The position numbers and the translations under genes were made by a program. Shown in pieces: positions 7,985-17,360 of a stretch of 64,000 bases of DNA (position 1 is the stretch's first letter; each line of letters opens with the position of its first letter). Source of the stretch: Alphaproteobacteria bacterium (GTDB lineage: Bacteria; Pseudomonadota; Alphaproteobacteria; RF32; CAG-239); NCBI GenBank assembly GCA_045634545.1, contig JAZRAL010000009.1, positions 6,470-70,469 of the forward strand, read 5' to 3'. The notes under the pieces were generated by a model. That model worked only from the letters and a program-made list of their open reading frames with translations. It made no database searches and was not told the DNA's origin.

Positions 7985-9934
7985 ATGCACTCAATACATC
8001 CTCTAATTATTGATTTAACCATGATTACAATTTATGCTGGTTTAACAACATTATTGTGCAAAAAACTAAAGCAACCAATAATTTTAGGATATATCCTAGC
8101 AGGAATACTTGTAGGCCCTCACTTTAACTTACTCCCAACTGTAACAGATAAAGAAGACCTAAACCTATGGGCAGATATTGGCGTTATATTCCTTCTCTTT
8201 GGTCTAGGCCTAGAATTTAGTTTCAAAAAAATGGTAAACGTTGGTAAATCAGCTATGATTACCGCCACTGCAAACATCTTATTTATGCTCTTCGTAGGAT
8301 ATAACACAGGTTTATTACTCGGCTGGTCAACCATGGATAGCTTCTTTTTAGGCTCTATGATATCAATGTCATCAACCACTATTATTATTAAAGCCTTTAA
8401 CGACCTAAATATTAGAAAACAAAAATTCGTAGACCTAGTCTTTGGCGTGCTTATTATTGAAGACTTAGTTGGTATTTTAATGCTCGTATTACTACCAACA
8501 ATTGCTATGGGTAAAAATATTAATGGTTTAGAATTAGCCCTAAGCACCTCAAAATTAATTTTCTTCCTAATTATTTGTTTTGTAATTGGAATTTATCTCG
8601 TTCCAACATATCTACAAAAAATCCATAAATTCCTAAGTGATGAAATGCTTATGTTAATAACCATAGGTATGTGTTTTGGCATGGTATGGCTTGCAACATC
8701 ATCAGGTTTTTCTTCAGCATTAGGTGCTTTTATTATGGGATCAATTTTATCTGAAACACCTCTTATAGAACGAATAGAAAAAAACCTCCAACCACTAAAA
8801 GACTTCTTCGGTGCTGTTTTCTTCGTTTCAGTTGGTATGATGGTAGACCCATCTATGTTTATAACCTATGCTAAACCTATTTTAGTTATAACACTTATCG
8901 TAATCATTGGAAAAGTATTATTCTCATGCTTTGGGTTCGTTGCCTCTGGACAACCATTAAAAACCTCTGTATATGGCGGTTTTTCTCTTGCACAAGTAGG
9001 TGAGTTTGCATTCATTATTGCATCTCTTGGTATGTCTTTAGGGGTGTTAAGCAACAAAGTTTATCCTATTATCGTTGCTGTATCTGTAATCACAACATTC
9101 TTAACCCCATTAATGATAAAATCCGCAGAACCCGCATATAAAAAACTTAAAAAAATTCTTCCAGAACGTTGGCTAAATTATATAGAAAAATATTCATCAA
9201 CACCAACCCTTACTTCTAGCGAAGAGCGTTTGTGGAGCGCTTTGTTTAAAAACTACTTTATACGTCTTTTTTTATTCTCATTCATTTTATATAGCATAAT
9301 TGCGCTAGCTACATTTGTTAGACCGTATATTAGAGAGCTCATACCATATCGCATCCCTGCAAACCTAGCAATAACCATGTGCACATTCTTATTAATGTCA
9401 CCATTCCTAAAAGCTCTAATTGGTTGGAATATCATTACAACAAAATTCCTAAAAGATAGACTATCATGGATATTTGCTAAAAAACAAGCCGAAGAAATTG
9501 AACTTGTAGCACAGTGCGCTCAAGAAGAAGAAACTCATTCACTAACAGAAACTCTTCACCTAGAAAATATCTGTAATACTCTTGACGAAAAAACCATTCG
9601 CTTGCGTAACTTCTTCTCTGGCAAAACTCAAGTATCAAAAATCTACTACAAATTATGGATGGCAAAAAAAGCTAATCGCTTACCATTAATTATCTTAACA
9701 AGTTTTAGAATTCTTGTTTGCTCATTCTTTATTGTAACTGTAGTACATAAATTCTTGACTGAAAACCCAAGAGTTACATTAGTATTATTACTAGCAACAA
9801 TCTTTTTTGTATCTCGTTCAAGATGGTTACTAGACCAATATGTAAAAATAGAAGCTCAATTCCTACAAAACCTCAAAGGTTCTAAAAAAGACGAAACCAA
9901 AGAAGATACAAAAGAAGAAGCTATTAAAAACTAA
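7985..9934 (+). CDS. Monovalent cation:proton antiporter (CPA2/Na+-H+ exchanger family) with an extended C-terminal membrane region
   Basis: 649 aa, polytopic. N-terminus LKQPIILGYILAGILVGPHFNLLP is typical of Na_H_exchanger/KefB-like antiporters. Confidence 0.8.
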   Translation: MHSIHPLIIDLTMITIYAGLTTLLCKKLKQPIILGYILAGILVGPHFNLLPTVTDKEDLNLWADIGVIFLLFGLGLEFSFKKMVNVGKSAMITATANILFMLFVGYNTGLLLGWSTMDSFFLGSMISMSSTTIIIKAFNDLNIRKQKFVDLVFGVLIIEDLVGILMLVLLPTIAMGKNINGLELALSTSKLIFFLIICFVIGIYLVPTYLQKIHKFLSDEMLMLITIGMCFGMVWLATSSGFSSALGAFIMGSILSETPLIERIEKNLQPLKDFFGAVFFVSVGMMVDPSMFITYAKPILVITLIVIIGKVLFSCFGFVASGQPLKTSVYGGFSLAQVGEFAFIIASLGMSLGVLSNKVYPIIVAVSVITTFLTPLMIKSAEPAYKKLKKILPERWLNYIEKYSSTPTLTSSEERLWSALFKNYFIRLFLFSFILYSIIALATFVRPYIRELIPYRIPANLAITMCTFLLMSPFLKALIGWNIITTKFLKDRLSWIFAKKQAEEIELVAQCAQEEETHSLTETLHLENICNTLDEKTIRLRNFFSGKTQVSKIYYKLWMAKKANRLPLIILTSFRILVCSFFIVTVVHKFLTENPRVTLVLLLATIFFVSRSRWLLDQYVKIEAQFLQNLKGSKKDETKEDTKEEAIKN

Positions 9935-10686
9935 TCATCCCAAACAAACGGGTAAATCTCTTCAAAACCACTATTATGGGTAGCACCTTCTACCACATAA
10001 ACCAAACTATTATCTTTAACAAAATCATACACTAGCGAAGGTGTAATGATTTTATCATTTTCAGCCACATAATGCATCTGTGGTATTTTCATATATTCAT
10101 CTCTATAATCAGCCAAATTCAAAGATTGATTTAGCAATCTAATCTTATGATATTTGCTCCATGCAACATGATCCAAATTTCCACCAATGGTAATTAGTTT
10201 TTTTACATTTAACCCTGTTCTTGCTACACTAACTAATCCAGCTACCTGCGCCCCACCAGAAAAACCAACCAACACAACCTCATTATCATCAGCAATTTCT
10301 TTTATTGCTTCATATGTAGCTCCAATAACTTCCACCGCAAAACGAGCATCAGTCCAATGCCTTTGAGAACACATTTCATCTTTTAAAAATTGACAAGGTC
10401 TTGCAAGATAAATCACATTAGAATTTTTATCACCAAATGCTATTTTTCTAAAAAAACCATTCCTTGGAGTAGGATTATCTGTTGGCATACCATACGCATC
10501 AAAAGAAGCCCCATCCCCCTCTATATAAATCTTAAATTTATCATTGGAGTTTGTAATTTTTTGCCAGCTTGCAAGTTTAAAAGTATTTGTTTTAATTTCT
10601 TTATAAACAAAATCATTTGGGATGACAACACTGTTGCACCCAGATAAAATAAAGCATAAAGCAAAAACAAATACCCTAAAAAACAT
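9931..10686 (-). CDS. Lipoprotein with an alpha/beta-hydrolase fold (putative esterase/lipase)
   Basis: Lipobox ILSGC at the N-terminus. GFSGGAQ is a G-x-S-x-G nucleophile elbow. 251 aa. Confidence 0.55.
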   Translation of the reverse strand: MFFRVFVFALCFILSGCNSVVIPNDFVYKEIKTNTFKLASWQKITNSNDKFKIYIEGDGASFDAYGMPTDNPTPRNGFFRKIAFGDKNSNVIYLARPCQFLKDEMCSQRHWTDARFAVEVIGATYEAIKEIADDNEVVLVGFSGGAQVAGLVSVARTGLNVKKLITIGGNLDHVAWSKYHKIRLLNQSLNLADYRDEYMKIPQMHYVAENDKIITPSLVYDFVKDNSLVYVVEGATHNSGFEEIYPFVWDD

Positions 10687-10729
10687 CTAAAAAAAGCCCC
10701 ACCTTTTAAGCAGGGCTAAATCCTAAAAA

Positions 10730-11038
10730 TTAATTAGCTACAGCGCCTAAATTCTTCAAATTTTGAATAATTGTTTGAGCTGTAGATTGAGATTCCTGAC
10801 TAATACCAGCAGATTCTAATGCTAATTTTTTCAAACAAACACTAACCAATTCATCAGAAGTAGCGCTAATAGATTGTGTAAACAATGTACCTGCTTGAAA
10901 TCTAGAATTTGCTTCACTTATCAAACATGCACGCATTTTTGTTTTTGCAGAAGCATTTGAATCAACTGTTGTATATTGAGATAAATCAGCACAACCACTT
11001 AACAACAAAAAAGCACAAAACAAAGCTTTTTTCATCAT
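10730..11038 (-). CDS. Small lipoprotein, hypothetical
   Basis: The start is probably MMKKALFCAFLLLSGC (lipobox LLSGC), with an RBS taggaga upstream. The longer ORF to 11107 lacks an RBS. Confidence 0.5.
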   Translation of the reverse strand: MMKKALFCAFLLLSGCADLSQYTTVDSNASAKTKMRACLISEANSRFQAGTLFTQSISATSDELVSVCLKKLALESAGISQESQSTAQTIIQNLKNLGAVAN

Positions 11039-11138
11039 ATTTCTCCTAAAAATTTCAACTAATATACACCTATTCCAAAAACAACGAACTGTCAAATTAT
11101 TTAACAAAAAAGCCCCCTTTAAAAGGAGGCTAATTCAG

Positions 11139-11729
11139 TTACCGCTTCAAAATCACATTGGCTCTATAAAATTCATCTATTACATCTTTTTTATAATGAT
11201 GAACCTCGAGAACACCATCAACTTCAGCCCAAAACCAAATCTTAGGCAGAGGAGTATCGCCAATATCAGTTCGCATTTTAGATACAATGTCCCATTTTTT
11301 TCTCAAAACTTTGACATCATTTTTATCAAGAAAACTACCGCAATACTTGTTTTTAAAAGCAATAGCATCTTTAACATCACAACAACTATTTCCTGCTATC
11401 ATACTATGAATAACAAGTGTCGGACTAATTCTATAACCAATTACTCGTCCACAAGATTTGTCATATGTTTCTTTTTCGACACAATTTTCATATACATAGC
11501 GAGGTTTTACATAATCATTCACCATCTTTGGTAAATTTCCTTTCCATACCGGCTCATCACCTAACCCAGAAAAATCACCAAACTGAGGATTTACAGGAAC
11601 GACCTTGTCGTTGCTCTCATGAACACTTTTTTCAATGCCCTTCCATCTCAAATGCGCAATCAAAATTGTCACTAAACAAGCTGATACAAAAAAAATTGCA
11701 CCAACAAAAACTAAATCATAAGCATTCAT
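11139..11729 (-). CDS. Hypothetical membrane-anchored protein, cysteine-containing, 196 aa
   Basis: N-terminal TM helix (LVFVGAIFFVSACLVTILIAHL). No recognisable domain. Confidence 0.45.
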   Translation of the reverse strand: MNAYDLVFVGAIFFVSACLVTILIAHLRWKGIEKSVHESNDKVVPVNPQFGDFSGLGDEPVWKGNLPKMVNDYVKPRYVYENCVEKETYDKSCGRVIGYRISPTLVIHSMIAGNSCCDVKDAIAFKNKYCGSFLDKNDVKVLRKKWDIVSKMRTDIGDTPLPKIWFWAEVDGVLEVHHYKKDVIDEFYRANVILKR

Positions 11730-11855
11730 AATAAAAATTTTTAATTAATAATAATTTTCAAGCAAAGCCAAACATATCTTAAAAAAAATATTTTTCAAGA
11801 ATTATTTATTCTTAAAATTACTAAAGCTTTCTAAAATTATTATCAATTATACAAC

Positions 11856-13028
11856 TTATCTTTGAGGCTGAATATGCTGCATCATTGCCATATTCACGTT
11901 GTTATTTCTTTCTGTTTTTGGATGAATATTTTTTAATTCTTTGTTCAAATCAATAGCCTTGCTATTGCTATTCTCTCCTCGAATATTATCACCCACTTCT
12001 TGCACCTTGTTTTCACCTTTTTTAGTCTCTTGATTAAAGCTAAAATACTTAGTATCTTTATCTTTATTAACCATAAAATCTAATACTCTATCAGCATTTT
12101 CTCTATCTTTTGGAGTAACCAATCTATCTTGAACATCTCTAGGCAAAGTATCTGCTTCTGCCAACATATATATTAATTGTTGAGCATCAACTTTTTCATC
12201 TCTAAAACCGAATTGTTCAGCAAGCTCTTTATCTGCAGTAAAAGCTCTAACAATCAATGCATTTGCATTCTCTCCGTATTTTTGATTAATTTTATCATAC
12301 ATTTCCATTGATTGTTCAAGACCAATAGATAGTCTTGCCCCACCTTCTGGCATTTCGCCTGCCATAGATAACTCTGGATATCTTTCTTGCATAACCCCCA
12401 TAGAAGACACTTGGTTTCTATATTCTTCATATCGACCATCTTGTCTTGCATCATTAAAAAGTTGCTCCTGCGCTTCTCTAGAAATTTCTGGGCCATATGC
12501 TAAAGCCATTGTTATATTTTCAGGTGTCATTTTGTCATCAGATAAACCTAAAGCTCTTCCAAGTTGTTTATCACCAGAAGTAGCTAAATATTCTAAGAAA
12601 TCTCCATAAACATTACCTTGTTGAGCATCATTACTAGCTCCATATCTTTGACTAATTCTATCATGTATCCCTTCTTGTTGAGTTAAACATTCAACAACAG
12701 CCCTTTGAGCACATTCATTTAATGGTACATTACCCTCTAATCTATCACTAACATCATTAAAAGCTTGCGCATCTTCACGCATACTCTCTGCAACATCTTC
12801 TCTTGAGCTATTTTCATTACTAGACGCCACATTCTCTGCAATGTTTCTAACTTCTTCCCAAGTAATAGCAGAATCCTCTCTTAATGTCTCTCTCGTGTTA
12901 TCTTGAACAACTTCAATTCTATCACGATTACCATTATCATCTCTATTATTATTTTCTACAGCTTGAGCATTCATTGATGATGACGACAAAAGTACCGCTA
13001 CAGCCAAAGATTCCCAATTCTTACTCAT
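11856..13028 (-). CDS. Secreted acidic hypothetical protein, 390 aa
   Basis: Signal peptide MSKNWESLAVAVLLSSSSMNAQA. D/E/N/R-rich. No recognisable domain. Confidence 0.5.
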   Translation of the reverse strand: MSKNWESLAVAVLLSSSSMNAQAVENNNRDDNGNRDRIEVVQDNTRETLREDSAITWEEVRNIAENVASSNENSSREDVAESMREDAQAFNDVSDRLEGNVPLNECAQRAVVECLTQQEGIHDRISQRYGASNDAQQGNVYGDFLEYLATSGDKQLGRALGLSDDKMTPENITMALAYGPEISREAQEQLFNDARQDGRYEEYRNQVSSMGVMQERYPELSMAGEMPEGGARLSIGLEQSMEMYDKINQKYGENANALIVRAFTADKELAEQFGFRDEKVDAQQLIYMLAEADTLPRDVQDRLVTPKDRENADRVLDFMVNKDKDTKYFSFNQETKKGENKVQEVGDNIRGENSNSKAIDLNKELKNIHPKTERNNNVNMAMMQHIQPQR

Positions 13029-13090
13029 AACAACCTCAATTCATATTATTATATGAAAAATTATACCCTAAAAAATACTTTTTGTAAACA

Positions 13091-15934
13091 TTAAAATAAC
13101 CATCTAAATCCGCCAGTAACAAGCACACCATCACGACCACCATCTTCAATCATGCTCTGACCATAAACCATAATTTGGTTATTAATATGCCCTTGAATAC
13201 CTAAACCATATTGCTCATAAGGTTTAACATACATACTAGGAAGCTTAACCCCATCAACAGCTGTCTGCCCTCTTTCACCAATATCCCAAACTTTACTTGC
13301 CTCAAAATATGGTTTCCATCCATTGCCTAAATCAAAAATAAATCTAACGCCGGGAGATATCTGAAGAGAATGTATAGCATCATTTTTAATATTTACACCC
13401 AACACATTTTTATAATCTTCAGTATTAATATAAGAATAAGCAAGCATTAACGATGGCTGAATAATAAACTTTCCACTATTAAACTCAAAATTATAACCTG
13501 TTTTATTACCAATACCCGCAAGAAATGTTGAATAATCCTCTTTACCAAAAATACTCTTACTTTCTGTTTCCAAAGCACCTACAGATAATGTTGTAGCACT
13601 AAAGAAATCCCCTCTATAAAATGACAATGTACCACCAATCAAACCACCTTTTTGATGAGCTTCAACACCATCATATTCTTGTGTTGCACCGCTATGACCA
13701 ATATAAGCAGTAAAAGCACCATCTAAACTAGCATTAATTTTTCTAACACCTGTATCATATCCAACAAGAGTACCATATGTCTTATTAGATATCTCTGCTC
13801 CATTTTTAAGAAGAATATCTTCATCAATAACATAAGGTTTTACCCAAACACTTGGTTTATTTTCTTTCATAAATGAAGGTAAAGGCTCTCCTGCGCTCAT
13901 AGATGTTTCATAGCTACTCAAATTATAAGCAAGCAAAATTCTTTCACCCATTGGAATATTCATATAATTATCTAAATTTTGGAAAGAATAATTAAGAGTT
14001 TGGCTTAAAACTCCTGTTGCACCTGCGTTTGTACTAATACCACTACCAACAACTGCTGGATTAAATCCACTCAACCCCTTAGAACCGCTTCCTCTTAAAA
14101 ATTCAAAATATCCCTCATCTCCGTTATTATTATAAGCAATATCATAAACATACAAAGGTGTTACAATTTTTGAAGTTCCTTTATAAACAACACTATCCTT
14201 TAACCCTTTTTCAGCAAACATTATAGATGTTTTGTCTTTTACAGGTTCATTTATCCAATTAAGATTCATAACATTTAATTTTGCATCATTTTCAACAATA
14301 ATTCCATTTTCAGTCTCAAATCTATCCATTACTTCTTTTTCAAAGTCAACCTCACTCACAAAATCAACATCACCACTCAATTTAAGCGAATTAAATTTGT
14401 AAATATGAGCCTTATTATCGTTTGTACTAAGAGTTATATTGCCAAAACCAACATCAGCTTTCCTGATATCATTTAATAAATAAACGTTATTCTTATTATT
14501 ACCAAATATGTTCACCCCATATCCTGTAACACCATCAAAATTATCAGCTAAAACCAAATCACCTGAACCGCTTAAATTAAAATTAAGTATCGCTTCATTA
14601 TTATCAACCCAAAAAGCATTATCATCTTTAACACCTTTAGATATAGTATAGTTATTAGCTACAACCATATCCTTATCTTTAATAACAAAATTTAAATTAC
14701 TATCAGTCCAAACAGCCCCACCTTTAGCTTCACCTTCTTCTGATATTACATAGTTACCATAAAAACTAGCCTCAATTTCATCAATTTCTGCAATATTATA
14801 TAAAGCTCCACCAAAACCATCACCATCTTTTATTTTTACATAATTATTATAAAAATCGCCAACAATAGAACCTATACTATTCGCAAAGGTTGTTCTACCA
14901 TCCGGCTCATTAGAAATTGCACCACCTATAGCTAAATAAGAAATAGAATCAACATAATTACCAATAAAATCACCTGTTATCGTATCAATTCGCCCGCCAT
15001 TATGAATAGCTCCTCCGCTTGCAAAACTAGCACCCAAAGCATAATTACCAATAAAATCACCCTCTAAATCAGTAATCTTACCATTCCAGTTAGTCTCTAT
15101 TGCTCCTCCAATTGCTTCTGCAAAAACAGACTCTGCATAATTTGAAATAAAATTACCTTTAAGTAATTTAATATCTGAACTATTTACAACAAAAATAGCT
15201 CCACCCCAACCAACTGAATTAGTACCTAAAACATAGTTTCCAATAAAATCACCCACTATAGAGTTAGGATTACAAACAGCAACAATAATAGCACCACCAG
15301 CACCCTCACCCTTCTCAGCTATTGCGCTATTATTTATAAAATCTGCATATATATTATCAGCCACACCTCTAACAACAATAGCACCACCCCAGGCTAAATC
15401 TGTTTTGGAATTAACAACACTATTGTTAACAAACATACCTGAAATGTCGCCAACTTTATAACCATAGTTAGTAAAAGCACCTCCAAGTAAGTATTTACCA
15501 TTTGGAGAAGGGGATGATAAATCAGCCCACGTACCACTATAATCAAGAATAGGCGTGTTTTTGTTTGTCGTAACATGAGACTTTAAATCAGAATTTGTAT
15601 ATTTAACTGTAAAAGTAACATTTTGATCTAAGGGAACATTATGCTGATATACTTTTTCTATATCACCAGAACCATAATTAGTTTTACTTATTTCTAATGT
15701 ATAGTTAATTGTTTCAAAAACACCTTTTTCTTTATCATAAATTAAAAAAGGAATACTGCCATTTGAAGAACTATTAGTTTTGGTAAGAGTATAAGCTGAA
15801 GCATTGCCTAATGTTGGGACAAAATCTGATGCATTTGCTGTTCTATAACCTAGTCCAGCATAGGCGCACAAGAGCAGAAACAACATTCTAAATACACTTA
15901 TCTCCCCTCTATATCTCATATAGTTCTCTTTCAA
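13091..15934 (-). CDS. Autotransporter (type Va) outer-membrane protein with a beta-helical passenger domain
   Basis: 947 aa with an N-terminal signal region. The passenger domain carries many G-x-F-I-G-N-Y-x..GGAI(xN) repeats (pectate-lyase-like beta-helix). The C-terminal roughly 280 aa form a beta-barrel ending GGFRWLF, with aromatic residues at the C-terminus. Confidence 0.8.
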   Translation of the reverse strand: MKENYMRYRGEISVFRMLFLLLCAYAGLGYRTANASDFVPTLGNASAYTLTKTNSSSNGSIPFLIYDKEKGVFETINYTLEISKTNYGSGDIEKVYQHNVPLDQNVTFTVKYTNSDLKSHVTTNKNTPILDYSGTWADLSSPSPNGKYLLGGAFTNYGYKVGDISGMFVNNSVVNSKTDLAWGGAIVVRGVADNIYADFINNSAIAEKGEGAGGAIIVAVCNPNSIVGDFIGNYVLGTNSVGWGGAIFVVNSSDIKLLKGNFISNYAESVFAEAIGGAIETNWNGKITDLEGDFIGNYALGASFASGGAIHNGGRIDTITGDFIGNYVDSISYLAIGGAISNEPDGRTTFANSIGSIVGDFYNNYVKIKDGDGFGGALYNIAEIDEIEASFYGNYVISEEGEAKGGAVWTDSNLNFVIKDKDMVVANNYTISKGVKDDNAFWVDNNEAILNFNLSGSGDLVLADNFDGVTGYGVNIFGNNKNNVYLLNDIRKADVGFGNITLSTNDNKAHIYKFNSLKLSGDVDFVSEVDFEKEVMDRFETENGIIVENDAKLNVMNLNWINEPVKDKTSIMFAEKGLKDSVVYKGTSKIVTPLYVYDIAYNNNGDEGYFEFLRGSGSKGLSGFNPAVVGSGISTNAGATGVLSQTLNYSFQNLDNYMNIPMGERILLAYNLSSYETSMSAGEPLPSFMKENKPSVWVKPYVIDEDILLKNGAEISNKTYGTLVGYDTGVRKINASLDGAFTAYIGHSGATQEYDGVEAHQKGGLIGGTLSFYRGDFFSATTLSVGALETESKSIFGKEDYSTFLAGIGNKTGYNFEFNSGKFIIQPSLMLAYSYINTEDYKNVLGVNIKNDAIHSLQISPGVRFIFDLGNGWKPYFEASKVWDIGERGQTAVDGVKLPSMYVKPYEQYGLGIQGHINNQIMVYGQSMIEDGGRDGVLVTGGFRWLF

Positions 15935-16111
15935 ATAATATTAAAAGCATTTCAAAACAACACATTGCTTTCCGATTATAATATCATATTTATTAAAAAA
16001 TTGCAAATAAAATCGACTTCAGCAACACTCCCCCTCTCCGAAGTTATCATATTGTTTTTAATGCATATTTTCACGCGTTTTGAATCTTCTTTAATTCTCA
16101 TCAATTTTGTA

Positions 16112-16138
16112 TAAAAAAAACACCCTTTCGGGTGTCCT
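16112..16138 (-). terminator. Rho-independent terminator downstream of tRNA-Leu
   Basis: aaaaaaaacaccctttcgggtgtcc: hairpin ACACCC/GGGTGT plus a T-run on the minus strand, immediately 3' of the tRNA. Confidence 0.5.
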
Positions 16139-16146
16139 AAAAGAAA

Positions 16147-16233
16147 TGGTGCGCTAGGCCGGAATCGAACCGGCACGAGGTTGCCCTCAACAGATTTTAA
16201 GTCTGCAGCGTCTACCAGTTCCGCCACAAGCGC
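16147..16233 (-). tRNA. tRNA-Leu (anticodon UAA), type II with a long variable arm, CCA encoded
   Basis: The reverse complement is gcgcttgtggcggaactggtagacgctgcagacttaaaatctgttgagggcaaccctcgtgccggttcgattccggcctagcgcacca. It has a D-arm, an anticodon loop cTTAAaa, a long variable arm, a T-arm GGTTCGATTCC and a 3' CCA. ORF 15976-16227 overlapping it is spurious. Confidence 0.9.
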
Positions 16234-16422
16234 AAATCCATAACAGAGACTCTTATATATATAAAAAAAAATAAATGCAACATATTTCTTGTATTTTTTT
16301 TATTTTTAATTACAATTTTTCACTGTAACCGAATATGCAGCGCATATTCTTGCTTAAAAATATATGGTATATACGGCAGAAACAGCGTTTCGGTATATAC
16401 CTTTTTGAAAGGTAAAACTTAG

Positions 16423-17214
16423 ATGAACCCTATAAACTCGAAGCTCAAGCTTCCAAAAAACAAGTTAAAAGAAATCCCTTTTCGCAAACTTGTTCCAAAT
16501 ATTGTAACTATGTTAGCATTATGCTCCGGACTAACCTCAATTCGCTATTCAGTACAAGAAGATTGGGGAAAAGCCATCCTCTTTATATTCCTAGCCGGAC
16601 TATTAGATGGCTTAGATGGTCGCCTAGCACGTATGCTAAAAGCATCAACCAAATTTGGTGCCGAACTCGATTCTCTATGTGATTTTGTAAGTTTTGGTAT
16701 TGCACCAGCAATTTTAATGTTCCAATGGTGCTTATTTGATTTACCCAAAATTGGTTGGTTCTTCTGTTTACTATATTCAATGGGAATGGCAATGCGCCTC
16801 GCACGTTTTAACACAATGTTAGAAGACGATACGATTCCCCCATATTGGTCACATTATTTTACAGGTGTTCCAGCTCCTGCCGCTGCCGCAATGGCAACAA
16901 TGCCAATTTTAATTACTTTTGACTTTGCTGATGCAGAACCATTTTTGCGCACACATTTATTCTGTGCTATTTGGATGTTGATAGTTGCATATCTTGAAAC
17001 AAGTAGAATCCCGACTCTTTCATTAAAAAAAGCCAAAGTAAAAACTGAACACATGATACCATTAGCATTTTGTGTTGCTTTAATAGCCACATTTTTATTT
17101 ACACAAACATGGCTAACATTTGGAGTTTTGGTAATTTTATATGCATTATCAATTCCATTTACAGTTTATCGTTTTGCAAAAGAAAAATCCGCATACGAAA
17201 AACAAAATGCTTAA
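16423..17214 (+). CDS. pssA: CDP-diacylglycerol--serine O-phosphatidyltransferase (CDP-alcohol phosphatidyltransferase family)
   Basis: DGLDGRLARM..G..LDSLCD matches the CDP-OH phosphatidyltransferase signature D-G-x2-A-R-x8-G-x3-D-x3-D. 263 aa, multi-TM, the typical alphaproteobacterial PssA size. Confidence 0.8.
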   Translation: MNPINSKLKLPKNKLKEIPFRKLVPNIVTMLALCSGLTSIRYSVQEDWGKAILFIFLAGLLDGLDGRLARMLKASTKFGAELDSLCDFVSFGIAPAILMFQWCLFDLPKIGWFFCLLYSMGMAMRLARFNTMLEDDTIPPYWSHYFTGVPAPAAAAMATMPILITFDFADAEPFLRTHLFCAIWMLIVAYLETSRIPTLSLKKAKVKTEHMIPLAFCVALIATFLFTQTWLTFGVLVILYALSIPFTVYRFAKEKSAYEKQNA

Positions 17215-17220
17215 AAATAT

Positions 17221-17250
17221 TAAAGGGGAGAAACTTCTCCCCTTTTTTAT
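17221..17250 (+). terminator. Rho-independent terminator of pssA
   Basis: aaaGGGGAGAAacTTCTCCCCtttttt: perfect 8-bp arms plus a T6 run. Confidence 0.65.
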
Positions 17251-17307
17251 TAATCTCACAACTTAACACTTGATCGCTTTTTTACTTCTCCACACACTCC
17301 CTTAGCC

Positions 17308-17345
17308 GTCATCCCTCGATTGCATTAAGCAATCGTCAAGGGATC
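17308..17345. repeat. 38-bp palindromic repeat (copy B)
   Basis: gtcatccctcgattgcattaagcaatcgtcaagggatc, located 15 bp downstream of the stop of ankyrin paralog 3. Confidence 0.6.
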
Positions 17346-17360
17346 TACGAATTAAAACCA

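Noticed and set aside
15976-16227. 83-aa ORF overlapping the tRNA-Leu gene
   Set aside because: MAELVDAADLKSVEG.. is the classic artefactual reading of a tRNA sequence. The locus is a well-formed tRNA-Leu(UAA).
17308-17345. 38-bp palindrome as an intrinsic terminator of the ANK3-5 operon
   Set aside because: There is no U-run after the hairpin on either strand, so it is not a canonical rho-independent terminator.
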